This document shows, one piece after another, positions 18,945 to 28,287 of a stretch of 64,000 nucleotides of DNA. Source of the DNA: Opitutales bacterium (GTDB lineage: Bacteria; Verrucomicrobiota; Verrucomicrobiia; Opitutales; PNEW01); NCBI GenBank assembly GCA_965219535.1, contig CBDCNV010000002.1, positions 2,154,981 through 2,218,980 on the forward strand, in the 5' to 3' direction. A program made the translations under genes and the position numbers. Under the pieces are notes generated by a model that worked only from the letters and a program-made list of their open reading frames with translations, ran no database searches and was not told where the DNA came from. How positions within the stretch are numbered: the first letter of the stretch is position 1; every line of letters begins with the position of its first letter.

Positions 18945-21155
18945 TTATTCAATCGTTACCTCATCAACCTCGACTGTAATGTCATTACCATCTTCGTTTG
19001 CGAAGGTAGCATTGATGCTCCTTGTGGGTTGAGGTGTGTTGTCCGATTTAAAATTGTTCTGCGTAATCAGTCGATCAAAGCCTCGTGTTGTCGATCCACT
19101 TTCCGCGACCACGATTGATGCTCCATTTGTCTGCGATAGGTCCCCACCGGTGATCCGCAATCCGGGGTTGCCGGCGGGCACAGTAAATGATCCCGTTCCG
19201 AATAAGAGGTGCGGAACCGCATCGCCACTCGCATCGATGTCACCTACCGTTAAGCGTACCGCGATGGGAACACCTCTAGCATCCACACCGACCTTGCCCG
19301 TGCTTCCCGAAAAAACAGTGTTCGACAGCTGTACCCCTCCCATTCCTGTGGAATTGACGACTTCCACGAGGGTCACGTCCGCTTGCGCGTCATAGACCTG
19401 TCCCTCGGGGAAGAGGGCCTGGTTAAACGCGTTGATCCTTCCCACAGTGAAGATACTGAAGAAAGTATTGGCGTCCGCTCCGTCGATGACCACGCTCGGT
19501 TTGCCCGTCACGTACTCAACCTGCTGGTTGTAGCGTGGGGGTATGGCCGGGGGGAGGAAGGTGGCTGGGTCCAGGGTTACGGTAAAGGTGCCATTACCTG
19601 AAAATTCTACCTGCACGATGTCCTCGTTTTCGTCCATGAAGGAAACGCGCGTGATCTGTCCCGGTTTGGCCTGGAGTTGAACGGACTCTCCGGTTAAGAG
19701 GATTTGATCAAATACATTTCCATTCGCGTGCTGAATGTTTTCACCGGCGATATCGCCCGAGCCGTCGAGGACGAGGGGCACGGCGGGAGCTGCCACGGTG
19801 ATGACCGCGGTGTCGCTGTCAGCGGTTCCGTCCGGGTTGCTTACCTGCACCCAGAAGTTTGTGCTCGCGGTGAGAGTACTGGTGGTAAAAGTACTGCCGG
19901 TGGCGCCTGCGATGGGACTCGCAGTGTCGCCGCTGTTGCCTTCATACCATTGGTAGCTCAAGTCATCGCCGCTGGCGGCGATGGTTAAGCTTGCTGAAGC
20001 GCCGGACTCGATCTCCTGGCTCTCGGGCTGGGTAGTGATGGAGGGCCCTTGCGCGGGAGGGGATATATCTTCAAAACCCGGAGCGCCGATCGGGGTAAAA
20101 CCAAAGTCGTCGATTACAGTAACGCTAAAATTTGGATTTACATTTACATCATCGGCTAAAGTAATTCTGGCAATACCGCCTACCGCACCCAATTCACTGG
20201 CTACGAATTTAACCTGAGGTGCAAGGGATCCGGGTCGAATGTCCGGCGGCAGATTTTCAATCGTTCTGAGCAAGTTATCTTCGGTATCAAATACCTGAAC
20301 GGTCCCGTCACTTTCGCCTGCCGCGGTTCTCGCTTCCACGGCGGCATAAAATTGAACCTTCGCTGCCGGTGTTTCGAAAGTGATCGTTCCGGTTCCACCA
20401 TTAAACATTTTCCAGTGCCATGCACCTGAGCGGTGCTGCGTGATACCGATATCTGACGTTGTTGCGACAAAGGCATTAGAAAAGGTGGCGGTAATAGGAG
20501 AGGTCCCAAGAGTAATGATATCCACTCCTACGGGTAAATCATCAAATGTGGTCCACACGGTATTATTCCTTGGCTCATCTGCTACGGTAAAACCAAGATC
20601 ATCGATGACTAATTTACCCGTGATATTAAAGAACTTAATTTCAGCGATACCGTCATAGTAGGTGGTTACGGTTTCCGGTATATATGCATAATCATCAGGA
20701 TAAGCGAGTATCCGCTGCAGAGGAGGATTGCTATCGGGGTTGATACTGGTCGGTAAGCCAGTTACTACATATTGCTCTAATAAGTATAAAAGATCACGTC
20801 CACTATCGTTTGTCGTAACACCTCGGGTCTCGATCTTACCCCCGCCCGTGGTCTCGGCGACATAGAATTGGATTTCAGCAATCCCCTGTGACCTGAAGAT
20901 TTTCCCCTCCTGACCGGGCTCCAGGGTTATCGCTTTGCTTCCCGAATGTAAAAGCGAAGGATCCTCTATAGTCTCCACCTTGAAGCCGATCAATTTCAAC
21001 CGGTTGGGCTCTTCGCCGATGAAAAATTCACCTTCCCCGCTAACGTTCTCAAAATCCGTGAAGCTCTCCAGATCTTGAGGAAGGGCCGACAGGCGCACCG
21101 GTAAATAGAGCAAGAGAAACAGAATTAGAATTATTTTTATGGGTTTTCGTTTCAT
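18945..21155 (-). CDS. secreted Ig-like domain protein with conserved C-terminal domain of unknown function (paralog A)
   Basis: Signal peptide MKRKPIKIILILFLLLYLPVRLSA from the ATG at 21155. Ig-like module ITTQPESQEIESGASASLTIAASGDDLSYQWYEGNSG. About 330 C-terminal residues are nearly identical to the gene at 36303. Confidence 0.8.
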   Translation of the reverse strand: MKRKPIKIILILFLLLYLPVRLSALPQDLESFTDFENVSGEGEFFIGEEPNRLKLIGFKVETIEDPSLLHSGSKAITLEPGQEGKIFRSQGIAEIQFYVAETTGGGKIETRGVTTNDSGRDLLYLLEQYVVTGLPTSINPDSNPPLQRILAYPDDYAYIPETVTTYYDGIAEIKFFNITGKLVIDDLGFTVADEPRNNTVWTTFDDLPVGVDIITLGTSPITATFSNAFVATTSDIGITQHRSGAWHWKMFNGGTGTITFETPAAKVQFYAAVEARTAAGESDGTVQVFDTEDNLLRTIENLPPDIRPGSLAPQVKFVASELGAVGGIARITLADDVNVNPNFSVTVIDDFGFTPIGAPGFEDISPPAQGPSITTQPESQEIESGASASLTIAASGDDLSYQWYEGNSGDTASPIAGATGSTFTTSTLTASTNFWVQVSNPDGTADSDTAVITVAAPAVPLVLDGSGDIAGENIQHANGNVFDQILLTGESVQLQAKPGQITRVSFMDENEDIVQVEFSGNGTFTVTLDPATFLPPAIPPRYNQQVEYVTGKPSVVIDGADANTFFSIFTVGRINAFNQALFPEGQVYDAQADVTLVEVVNSTGMGGVQLSNTVFSGSTGKVGVDARGVPIAVRLTVGDIDASGDAVPHLLFGTGSFTVPAGNPGLRITGGDLSQTNGASIVVAESGSTTRGFDRLITQNNFKSDNTPQPTRSINATFANEDGNDITVEVDEVTIE

Positions 21156-21238
21156 GCTGTTATAACGATAAGAGCGGTTGCCAAAGATGTAGCGAGGAAT
21201 TTTGCGCTCATGAAGCATTACTTGTCGGGTTAGTTTAG

Positions 21239-21280
21239 TAACCTAACCATAAATAAGGGATAGGCGAGGGCTATAGGTGG
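21239..21280 (-). promoter_or_regulatory. conserved 42-bp upstream motif, copy 1
   Basis: taacctaaccat-N10-taggcgagggctataggtgg. 36 of 42 positions are shared with 22559-22600. Lies just upstream of paralog A. Confidence 0.5.
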
Positions 21281-21299
21281 ATAATGTTCTGAATCACAA

Positions 21300-22511
21300 T
21301 TACAGACTTAAGAACACTCCCCGAATTCCACAAATCCTTACGACTTCGTGCTGAGGATGAGCTTTGGGTAATACCTGTTCTCCCTTATCGGAGCTGAAAG
21401 CGATGAATAACTTCTCCCCAAGGTTTACGGAACTAGAGTATCCTCCGTCAGTATAGTAATCTTCTATAATCTGCCTTGGCGACCAGCTTTTACCATAGTC
21501 ATGCGAATAGTGAAAGGTCATGTCTTGGGTGGGTGTGTGTCTTGCGTGAAGAATTAAAGTCTCGCCAATCCAGTTAAGGAAAGGTTTGCGGGCAGAAATT
21601 CCCTCTTCTAATTTAATTGGTCCCCAGCTTTTACCATCATCGACACTGATACGAGAGTAATTTCTTTCTTCCCCATCGGGCAAAAATGCCAGAGCCAGAA
21701 CATAAATGCTTTCATCGGGAAGAATAGTAAGTGTCGGATACCACAACGGTCCTGTCATAGTGTCTGGATACCATTTTCTAGGTGCATTCTTCGAGGGAAA
21801 TACGGGACTACGCATCTGCCATGTCTCACCATTATCAACACTGGTGTAGAGTAAAACTCCGACATCAAAACTTCCTGATACGAAATAGATAGTGCCGTTT
21901 TGTGTGATTACATTGGTGGTGATAGTGTCAATATATTTTGGGTGTAATGGATCGATGTAACCCTTGTAATCATAAGTCTTGCCACTATCAGAACTGATTA
22001 AATAGACACATCCGGCCATATGTTCCCCTCCAAACCTCAATTCAGGAGGACCGGCTTCGCCCTCTACAATGACCTCAGGGTTTGTCGTTTGAACAAACAT
22101 CACCAACGTCCCATCAGGGGACAAAGCGTAAGCAGGATTGTAGCAGCTTTCGTGGGGATTTCTTTTGCTTTGATCGTAAACTACTCCTTCATAGTTCCAA
22201 GTTACGCCGCCATCTGTGCTGCGTGATTGCACAATCACACCTATATCGTGCATGCGTCCCTGAGCACTAGCAACCAAGAGATCCCCGTTCTCGGCTACAA
22301 TAGTTGTGGGTCCATGAAAATAAGTGCCATAAGGTTCGGGATTACCCTTTATGTATGGAATTACATCAAAGGGTGTGCCGATTTTTGGTGTCCCTGATTG
22401 AAATACAATCGGTTTTGATGGCAGCTGTTGATAGCCAACGGTTGGCCAAAATAATAAAACTACAATGACTCCTTGGATCATCCAAACCAAATTACTGCAT
22501 AAATATTTCAT
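21300..22511 (-). CDS. BNR/Asp-box beta-propeller protein (sialidase-like)
   Basis: 403 aa with an N-terminal hydrophobic anchor and repeated Asp boxes SxDxGxTW (STDGGVTW, SVDNGETW, SVDDGKSW, SHDYGKSW). Confidence 0.8.
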   Translation of the reverse strand: MKYLCSNLVWMIQGVIVVLLFWPTVGYQQLPSKPIVFQSGTPKIGTPFDVIPYIKGNPEPYGTYFHGPTTIVAENGDLLVASAQGRMHDIGVIVQSRSTDGGVTWNYEGVVYDQSKRNPHESCYNPAYALSPDGTLVMFVQTTNPEVIVEGEAGPPELRFGGEHMAGCVYLISSDSGKTYDYKGYIDPLHPKYIDTITTNVITQNGTIYFVSGSFDVGVLLYTSVDNGETWQMRSPVFPSKNAPRKWYPDTMTGPLWYPTLTILPDESIYVLALAFLPDGEERNYSRISVDDGKSWGPIKLEEGISARKPFLNWIGETLILHARHTPTQDMTFHYSHDYGKSWSPRQIIEDYYTDGGYSSSVNLGEKLFIAFSSDKGEQVLPKAHPQHEVVRICGIRGVFLSL

Positions 22512-22558
22512 AATTGTTCCTAGTTAAGTGACATGGCCTACCAGATTGATTCGTAATC

Positions 22559-22600
22559 TAACCTAACCATTATTTATAGATAGGCGAGGGCTATAGGCGG
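22559..22600 (-). promoter_or_regulatory. conserved 42-bp upstream motif, copy 2
   Basis: taacctaaccat-N10-taggcgagggctataggcgg, about 45 nt upstream of the BNR gene start at 22511. Confidence 0.5.
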
Positions 22601-22643
22601 AATTATTTATGCCGTTAGTATATAATATAGCTGGGCCTATATT

Positions 22644-23039
22644 ATGAAAGTATACGTAGCCGAAGATGATGCACTTTTGCGCGCAACGCTCACTGAGCAA
22701 CTGTCAGAATTCTGCCCAGGAGTAGAAGTCATCGGGTCCAACGGTAATGGGCAGATAGCATAATCAGAGTGCATGGAACTCATTCCTGACCTTATCATCT
22801 TAGACATTCGCTTACCTGAATTAGGCGGATTAGAAATATTGTATCTTATAAAAGAGAAATTTCCTCAGATAAAGATACTGATATATTTAGGATTAGCAGA
22901 CCAGCAATCCATAGACTACGCCAAGTGCGCTAAAGCAGATGGCTACATTGTGAAAAATCACGGCCTGGAGGAAATTGCAAAAGCTATAAAAGCAATTGAA
23001 GCAGGGGGCACGTACTTTAGTTGCGAGATAGTAAGCTAA
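22644..23039 (+). pseudogene. NarL-type response regulator receiver domain with an in-frame stop and no output domain
   Basis: MKVYVAEDDALLR...NGNGQIA-TAA(22761-22763)-SECMELIPDLIILDIRLPELGG. Ends at AIEAGGTYFSCEIVS, where the LuxR-type HTH would begin. Confidence 0.75.
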
Positions 23040-23180
23040 TTATCTGTCGTGAGCTTTGGTTATTTTGTCGGACTTACCAATTTATTTTAAAGGAAATAAA
23101 GTGCCTGAGATCGGAAGCGTGGGTTCATGCGGGTCGCAAGCATCCTCGATTGTTTGCTGCGGCTTAGAATAAGCGGATTC

Positions 23181-23268
23181 TGCTAACACCGAAAATCACC
23201 GGCGTTAAAAAGCAGAGCGAGAAACGAGCAGCGATTTTTTGCGTCCGAGTGAATTTGTCTTGTTAGGT
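23181..23268 (-). other. 88-bp imperfect palindrome with attC-like termini (ACCTAAC ... GTTAGCA on the gene strand)
   Basis: Lies downstream of the O-methyltransferase gene. The arms ctaacaagacaaattcactcgg and ccggtgattttcggtgttag pair, with bulges. Confidence 0.35.
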
Positions 23269-23305
23269 GAGGTATTATCACTTGATAACGAATCAGCGTC
23301 AGCGA

Positions 23306-24343
23306 TTATTTATACGCAACTGCAGCGCTGGTGGGACCGGCAAGACTTATAACTTCGAAACGCTTGAATCCTGCATCAATACACCATTCGCGGAAATTTT
23401 CTCCTGTGTAATCGAAAGCATCGCCAAATTCGATGAGCATGTTGAGCGACATTAAAAGGCCAAACGCATTTTCCCGTCGGGCATCGTCGATCAAGTTTTC
23501 AATAGCAATAAAGGCGCCGCCCACCGGTAGTGCATCATAGGCATTCTTGATGAGAATTATCTTTTTCTCGAGGTTCCAGTCATGCAGAATATTACCCATT
23601 GTAACGACCTCGGCCTTTGGCAAATCGTCATTGAAGAAATCACCTGAAACCACCTTGATACGTTCGGACATATCCGCCGCATCTATCTGTTTCTGGGCAT
23701 GAGGCGCCACTGGTGAAAGGTCAAAGGTGCTAAACGTTAGATGTTCATGGCGCGCACCAACGATTCGTGACAACAGAGCTAGGGCGCCACCGATGTCGCT
23801 CACAGTCTTGTATTTGGAGAAGTCGAACTTCTCGGCCAATTGGGTGAAGTTTGCCGCTTGAAAACCGGTCATCGCATCAAGGAACTCTTCAAGTTTAACC
23901 TCGTTTGCGTATAGTTCTTCGAAAATTGTTTTACCATTGATCTTAACTTCGTTCTGTGGCTGTCCAGTCTTAAGTGCAGTGCCAAGATGGTTCCAAAATC
24001 CAAATAGGCGAGAGTTTAGCATCTCTGGCAAACCACCAATGTATGCTGGGCTGTTCTTGCCCAGGAACGCGGCTGTTTCGGGCGTGTTCTTATACTGACC
24101 TTCCGGACCATCCCCGTCACGGTCTAGAAATTTCAACGCCACCAGTGCGTCAAAGAAGTCATAGGTCCCACGCGGGTGAAGCCTGAGTTCCTTACCAAGT
24201 TGTTGTGCCGTCATTGACGCATCCCCAAGCGTGGTAAAGATATCCAGTTCGACGGCCGTGAGCAGTACCTTGGAACCCCAAAAAGCCGTTGCCGTTTGCA
24301 TTATGTGAGTCGCATCGAGTTGGTCCTTCATTTTTTCCTCCAT
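23306..24343 (-). CDS. class I SAM-dependent O-methyltransferase (family 2 OMT with dimerisation domain)
   Basis: 345 aa with the SAM-binding block VSDIGGALALL and a catalytic region ILHDW. Confidence 0.75.
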   Translation of the reverse strand: MEEKMKDQLDATHIMQTATAFWGSKVLLTAVELDIFTTLGDASMTAQQLGKELRLHPRGTYDFFDALVALKFLDRDGDGPEGQYKNTPETAAFLGKNSPAYIGGLPEMLNSRLFGFWNHLGTALKTGQPQNEVKINGKTIFEELYANEVKLEEFLDAMTGFQAANFTQLAEKFDFSKYKTVSDIGGALALLSRIVGARHEHLTFSTFDLSPVAPHAQKQIDAADMSERIKVVSGDFFNDDLPKAEVVTMGNILHDWNLEKKIILIKNAYDALPVGGAFIAIENLIDDARRENAFGLLMSLNMLIEFGDAFDYTGENFREWCIDAGFKRFEVISLAGPTSAAVAYK

Positions 24344-24354
24344 AAGAAATAGTT

Positions 24355-24429
24355 GCCTAATGCCTTAGCTGAGCCGCAAAATAAGTGGCGAAGCCACTTA
24401 TTATATCGGTCTCCAGCACATTGTTAGAT
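24355..24429 (-). other. 75-bp imperfect palindrome with attC-like termini (ATCTAAC ... ATTAGGC on the gene strand)
   Basis: Lies between the membrane-protein gene and the OMT gene. Contains a perfect 10-bp stem at 24380-24402. Confidence 0.35.
24380..24402 (-). terminator. perfect 10-bp stem, 3-nt loop hairpin (aataagtggc-gaa-gccacttatt)
   Basis: On the minus-strand RNA the stem runs into uuauuuug. Could act as an intrinsic terminator for the gene at 24442-24861. Confidence 0.4.
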
Positions 24430-24441
24430 TCCGACCCCTCT

Positions 24442-24861
24442 TCACTCACCAATGGGATATCCCATGATCCAAACAATGAAAATAACAAGAATTTGAACAA
24501 AGAGTAGGGGAATATACCAGGCGATTACAGAAATAAAATTGACCCACCATTTTGGCTTTGAAGATATTTGAATGAATTTTTCTAAATAAGTCCCAATCCC
24601 CAAAACCAAAAATAGGCCAACCAGAAAAACAATTGCAAATAAAAAAATCCCAGGTTTAGGAAACCAATTTTGTAAGGCTAGGATCAGTGGATATGGCCAT
24701 AAATAAGCTGTCATCATCAACAGATCGGCTGGTTCACCTAAAATGAGCTTGGTCGCTCGACCAATGAAAAAAAGAGAAGAGAAAACCAAATACAGAGCAG
24801 CCATTTTCGTGGCGAGTATATGCCGTTTGTAATAAGAGCGTGTGAAGAATGATATTTTCAT
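24442..24861 (-). CDS. hypothetical membrane protein
   Basis: 139-aa ORF with four hydrophobic helices. No recognisable family. Confidence 0.5.
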   Translation of the reverse strand: MKISFFTRSYYKRHILATKMAALYLVFSSLFFIGRATKLILGEPADLLMMTAYLWPYPLILALQNWFPKPGIFLFAIVFLVGLFLVLGIGTYLEKFIQISSKPKWWVNFISVIAWYIPLLFVQILVIFIVWIMGYPIGE

Positions 24862-24943
24862 ATTGCTAAGGAATCTAACGTTAAAGCTCTCAGACGTGGG
24901 CGCTAGCCGACGTTATGAGCAGCGTCTTGATATGCTCAGCCAC

Positions 24944-25976
24944 TCAATGTTTGATTGGCATTGTGTATCGAACTGATCGATCAACTTCCTCGAATCCAAT
25001 CGCTTGGTAAGCATTGATGGCTGGAATAGCGAAAGTTGCCGTTCTGACAATGGCCTTCGTCATCCCGGCCTTTTTCATGCGGGCCAATCCATCCAAAATA
25101 ACTGCTCTCGAAAATCCCTTTCTTTGAAATCGAGGAAGCGTTCCGACGGGATCGAACTCTCCAATCGAGTTTTCCTTGTCCAGGTCGAAAGCGGCAAATG
25201 AAATGACCAAGCCATCCTCGTCTATGGCTACTAAATCGGTACCACCTGTCAGGTTACGATATTCTGTCATCCTTTGAATATTTCTCATCACCCATGCTTT
25301 CGAGATCCTTGTCACTGAATGCACTACTCTGAGCGATCGCCCTACTTCTCATTTCGACTTCATTGAGCACGTCTAGATCTCGTATTGTAACCTCGTTCGG
25401 AACCGTACTAGATGGAATCTCGTCTCGTAGATCATACTCAAAGTAAACTCCGTCAGCTGAGTCTTCTACGAAACCGCATTTCCGTAAGAATGCTATGTAT
25501 TCTGTAAGCAAGGGCAATGCGCTCACGTATATAGATCTCAATGAATCTCTCTTTCTCACGATTCGAATCACTTCATCCACTATCTCTCTTAGGACATCTT
25601 CAGCAACTGCCTTTGAAGCTCTCTTAATTGTGAGACTTCCCTCGACTAACGAAAGATGGAACGCCGCGAGCAGCTGATTAGCACCGTCGCAGCACAGGCG
25701 AGCTAATGAATTCTTGCCATCGCAGTCGAGACAAGAAAGGTAAAAATGACAAGGTCCCTCTCCCATGAGGAGATGATCTCCATTGTCGAATTCCTGAGAC
25801 ATTGAGATCTTGATAAGTGGCGAGATATCGTCGGCAATTGGCTTGAACGATAGTTTCGGTGTATTGTATTGCATATCGATTGAAATCACCGGCGCGTTTA
25901 CGCGTCCGGTGCATTGATCTTGTTCAGGCCTAAGTCTGCTCATCGAAGTAAATACCCTCTCGAGTGATACTCGCAA
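24944..25976 (-). pseudogene. GNAT-family N-acetyltransferase, apparently frameshifted
   Basis: The C-terminal ORF (24944-25324) carries the GNAT core (VGTLPRFQRKGFSRAV). It overlaps the upstream ORF (25254-25976) in another frame, with the junction around 25290-25325. Confidence 0.55.
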
Positions 25977-26164
25977 TTAGAGCATCGAGATCCGGGACAT
26001 AGCAGGTCTGGATATTCCATTTCTTCACCGTTTTAGCAATAGGAATTCTCTCAGAGGATATAGCCCTCTGAGGTTCCCAGGAAACATATTCGCCTTTCCG
26101 AACCCACGTGAAACCATCTGAAGCGAATTTAAATATCGTTGGTATAAATGGTCACGACCAGACT

Positions 26165-27082
26165 CTATTCGTCAGCCGGGGTATCTCGAAAGGGATCAGA
26201 AAATGCTTTTACGGTTTGTAAGGTCGAATCGTCCGGGATTAGCGTGCCCTGGGCGATCTCTGTAAATCTCCACTTATGCAGCCAATCTATCCACCGCTGC
26301 CGCCTGGGATTCTGCTCAGGATTATCCAGCCATTCAAGCGGGTATTCCGGAGACGGAGAATCAAAAGTTTTTTTGGCTATCGATGTCCTGATTTCATTAG
26401 TGATATGCAAATATTCCGTTAGAGCCCTTCCTTCTTCTGCGTTCTTTGGATTTCTAGAATAAACGATGGAAAACGTGCGCCGATCCGTCGATCCGCCACA
26501 ACTGGCATGCCATACATGGGAATCAAAGATAAATCCATCACCCGGTTCTACGTCGCAAATATAGGCTGGTCCTTCTTTAATACGTTCTGTTCCAAGGCGG
26601 TTCTCTGCATCATCATAACCCGTGAGACCGTCATACTTTGCTATTTCTTTATGAAAGGCTTTCTTATGGGATCCGGGAATCACCCTCAAAGCGCCGCTAT
26701 CCCCATCAACCGGTTGGAGGTAGAAGAGGAATTTTAGATCGTGCATATGAAAATTATAATCATCGGCATGCCAGGCAGTATCATTGACGTAGCTGATCGA
26801 GTTGCAGGATATTCCAACGCAGTCTTCCCCCATTATCTGTTCTGCGATGCTTACAATGCGCGGGTCTTCGATCAAGGTGGCGAGAAGGGGCGTCTGCGCA
26901 CCCAAGTTGGTCCAGCTTATAACATGGGGAGGCGTGTCTTCAGGTTCTGTGTAGCGCCGGGTGGTTTCCAGCTTAGACTTGAATTCCTCCTTGAAGGTTT
27001 CAATTTCACCCGGGCTGAATAATCCTCGCAGGGGAAGGAAACCGAAAGTATTGAAGTACGTGAGTTGATGCGCGGTAAGCAT
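26165..27082 (-). CDS. phytanoyl-CoA dioxygenase (PhyH) family Fe(II)/2-oxoglutarate oxygenase
   Basis: N-terminal LTAHQLTYFNTFGFLPLRGLF, HxD (WHADD), RVIPGSH, and a distal His (VWHAS). Confidence 0.85.
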   Translation of the reverse strand: MLTAHQLTYFNTFGFLPLRGLFSPGEIETFKEEFKSKLETTRRYTEPEDTPPHVISWTNLGAQTPLLATLIEDPRIVSIAEQIMGEDCVGISCNSISYVNDTAWHADDYNFHMHDLKFLFYLQPVDGDSGALRVIPGSHKKAFHKEIAKYDGLTGYDDAENRLGTERIKEGPAYICDVEPGDGFIFDSHVWHASCGGSTDRRTFSIVYSRNPKNAEEGRALTEYLHITNEIRTSIAKKTFDSPSPEYPLEWLDNPEQNPRRQRWIDWLHKWRFTEIAQGTLIPDDSTLQTVKAFSDPFRDTPADE

Positions 27083-27324
27083 TTTTTACTTTAATTCACT
27101 GTTAATTATACCATATTTCGCAATTTATAAAGGGAAAGTCTATTAATTGATATTCCCCATATCAAAACCATAAGGCTAATAACTCCCAATAATATTGCAA
27201 CGATTTTCAATTTAAAGCCACACCGGCCAAGACTGATACGCAGAAAATTCTGGAAGCCCATCGCAAGTCTCAAGAGTCAGAAACTGCCGACCAGGGTGTT
27301 CACTGAATTATAATTATGGGGGGG

Positions 27325-28287
27325 TCACCTCAGTGGATTTACTAGATTGCGTGGGGATAAACCTTTCGCTAAGCGATCAATATTCTCCGCGGCGGCTTTA
27401 GCGCGTCGATGCCACGTCCCCTGTGTGAATCCAGCGACATGCGGCGTAGTTAAAACGTTATCTAACTTTAAAAGGGGATGTTCCGGGGCCAAAGGTTCCT
27501 CGGCGTATGCGTCGATACCCGCACCTTTAATGCGACCGCTTGTCAGGGCCTCAATCAGTGCATCATTGTCAACGATTTCTCCTCGCGCAACATTGATCAG
27601 GACCGCCTTTTCCTTCATTACGCTGAAAGCGTGCTGGTCAATCAGGTGTCGCGTTTGCTTGGTTAAAGGAACGTGCACAGAAAGGAAATCAGACTCGACC
27701 AGAATTTTTTCAAGATCTTCGGGGTATCCAAGAAAGGCGAGATGAAATTCGTCGAGTTCATGCTGCGGAATATCTCTATTATCAATGGCTATGATCCGTA
27801 ATCCCAGGGCCCGGGCCCGTCTTGCCAATTCTTTCGCGCTTGCTCCGAAGCCGACCAATCCCAAAGTCTTTCCTTCGAGCTCATCGTTCATCACCCGATG
27901 CCAGTCTTTGGTGCGATTGTGATTGAGGTTTTTTGCGAAATAGAGAATCATAAGAAGCGCATGCTCTGCAAGAGGGACAGCGGTTAGGGGCCCCGGAGAG
28001 TGGGTGAGGAGCAGACCTTTACCCAAGATATATTCCGTGTCGACATGGTCGAGACCGTTGGTCGTAACCTGCCATAGTTTAACTTCAGCTGCTTTAGCCG
28101 CGTCCATCATCTCATGGGTTCCTATGGCCCCTCCCGTATCGATGACTACCTCAATCTCCTTAAACTGATCAGCAGCCGGTTTGTTTGGATCGTAAATTTC
28201 AATGGGATAACGACCGTCAATAAATTCAACCAGATAACGATAAGAAAAATGTAACCTGTCTGCGTTGCGAAGAAAAAGAACTTTCAT
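27325..28287 (-). CDS. D-isomer-specific 2-hydroxyacid dehydrogenase
   Basis: NAD-binding GLVGFGASAKELARRA, then VARGEIVD and the TPHVAG catalytic His motif. Confidence 0.85.
   Translation of the reverse strand: MKVLFLRNADRLHFSYRYLVEFIDGRYPIEIYDPNKPAADQFKEIEVVIDTGGAIGTHEMMDAAKAAEVKLWQVTTNGLDHVDTEYILGKGLLLTHSPGPLTAVPLAEHALLMILYFAKNLNHNRTKDWHRVMNDELEGKTLGLVGFGASAKELARRARALGLRIIAIDNRDIPQHELDEFHLAFLGYPEDLEKILVESDFLSVHVPLTKQTRHLIDQHAFSVMKEKAVLINVARGEIVDNDALIEALTSGRIKGAGIDAYAEEPLAPEHPLLKLDNVLTTPHVAGFTQGTWHRRAKAAAENIDRLAKGLSPRNLVNPLR

Noticed and set aside
22553-22620. Considered whether the conserved motif upstream of the BNR gene is a fourth attC site (TACTAAC ... GGTTAGGTTAGAT on the gene strand).
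   Set aside because: Apart from the terminal boxes, the two halves are direct repeats (ataaataat, gcctat) rather than inverted. No attC-like hairpin can form.
23108-23117. agatcggaag resembles the start of the Illumina adapter AGATCGGAAGAGC.
   Set aside because: Only 10 nt match and the sequence then diverges (gcgtgg). It sits in ordinary intergenic DNA, so it is most likely chance.
27296-27335. tgaggtgaccccccataattataattcagtgaa at the stop of the 2-hydroxyacid dehydrogenase resembles the IS3-family end tggagtgacccccaaaaatcgtatcatttacag.
   Set aside because: The similarity is limited to gtgaccccc and a few scattered matches, and no second end is nearby. It is too degenerate to call without a formal alignment.
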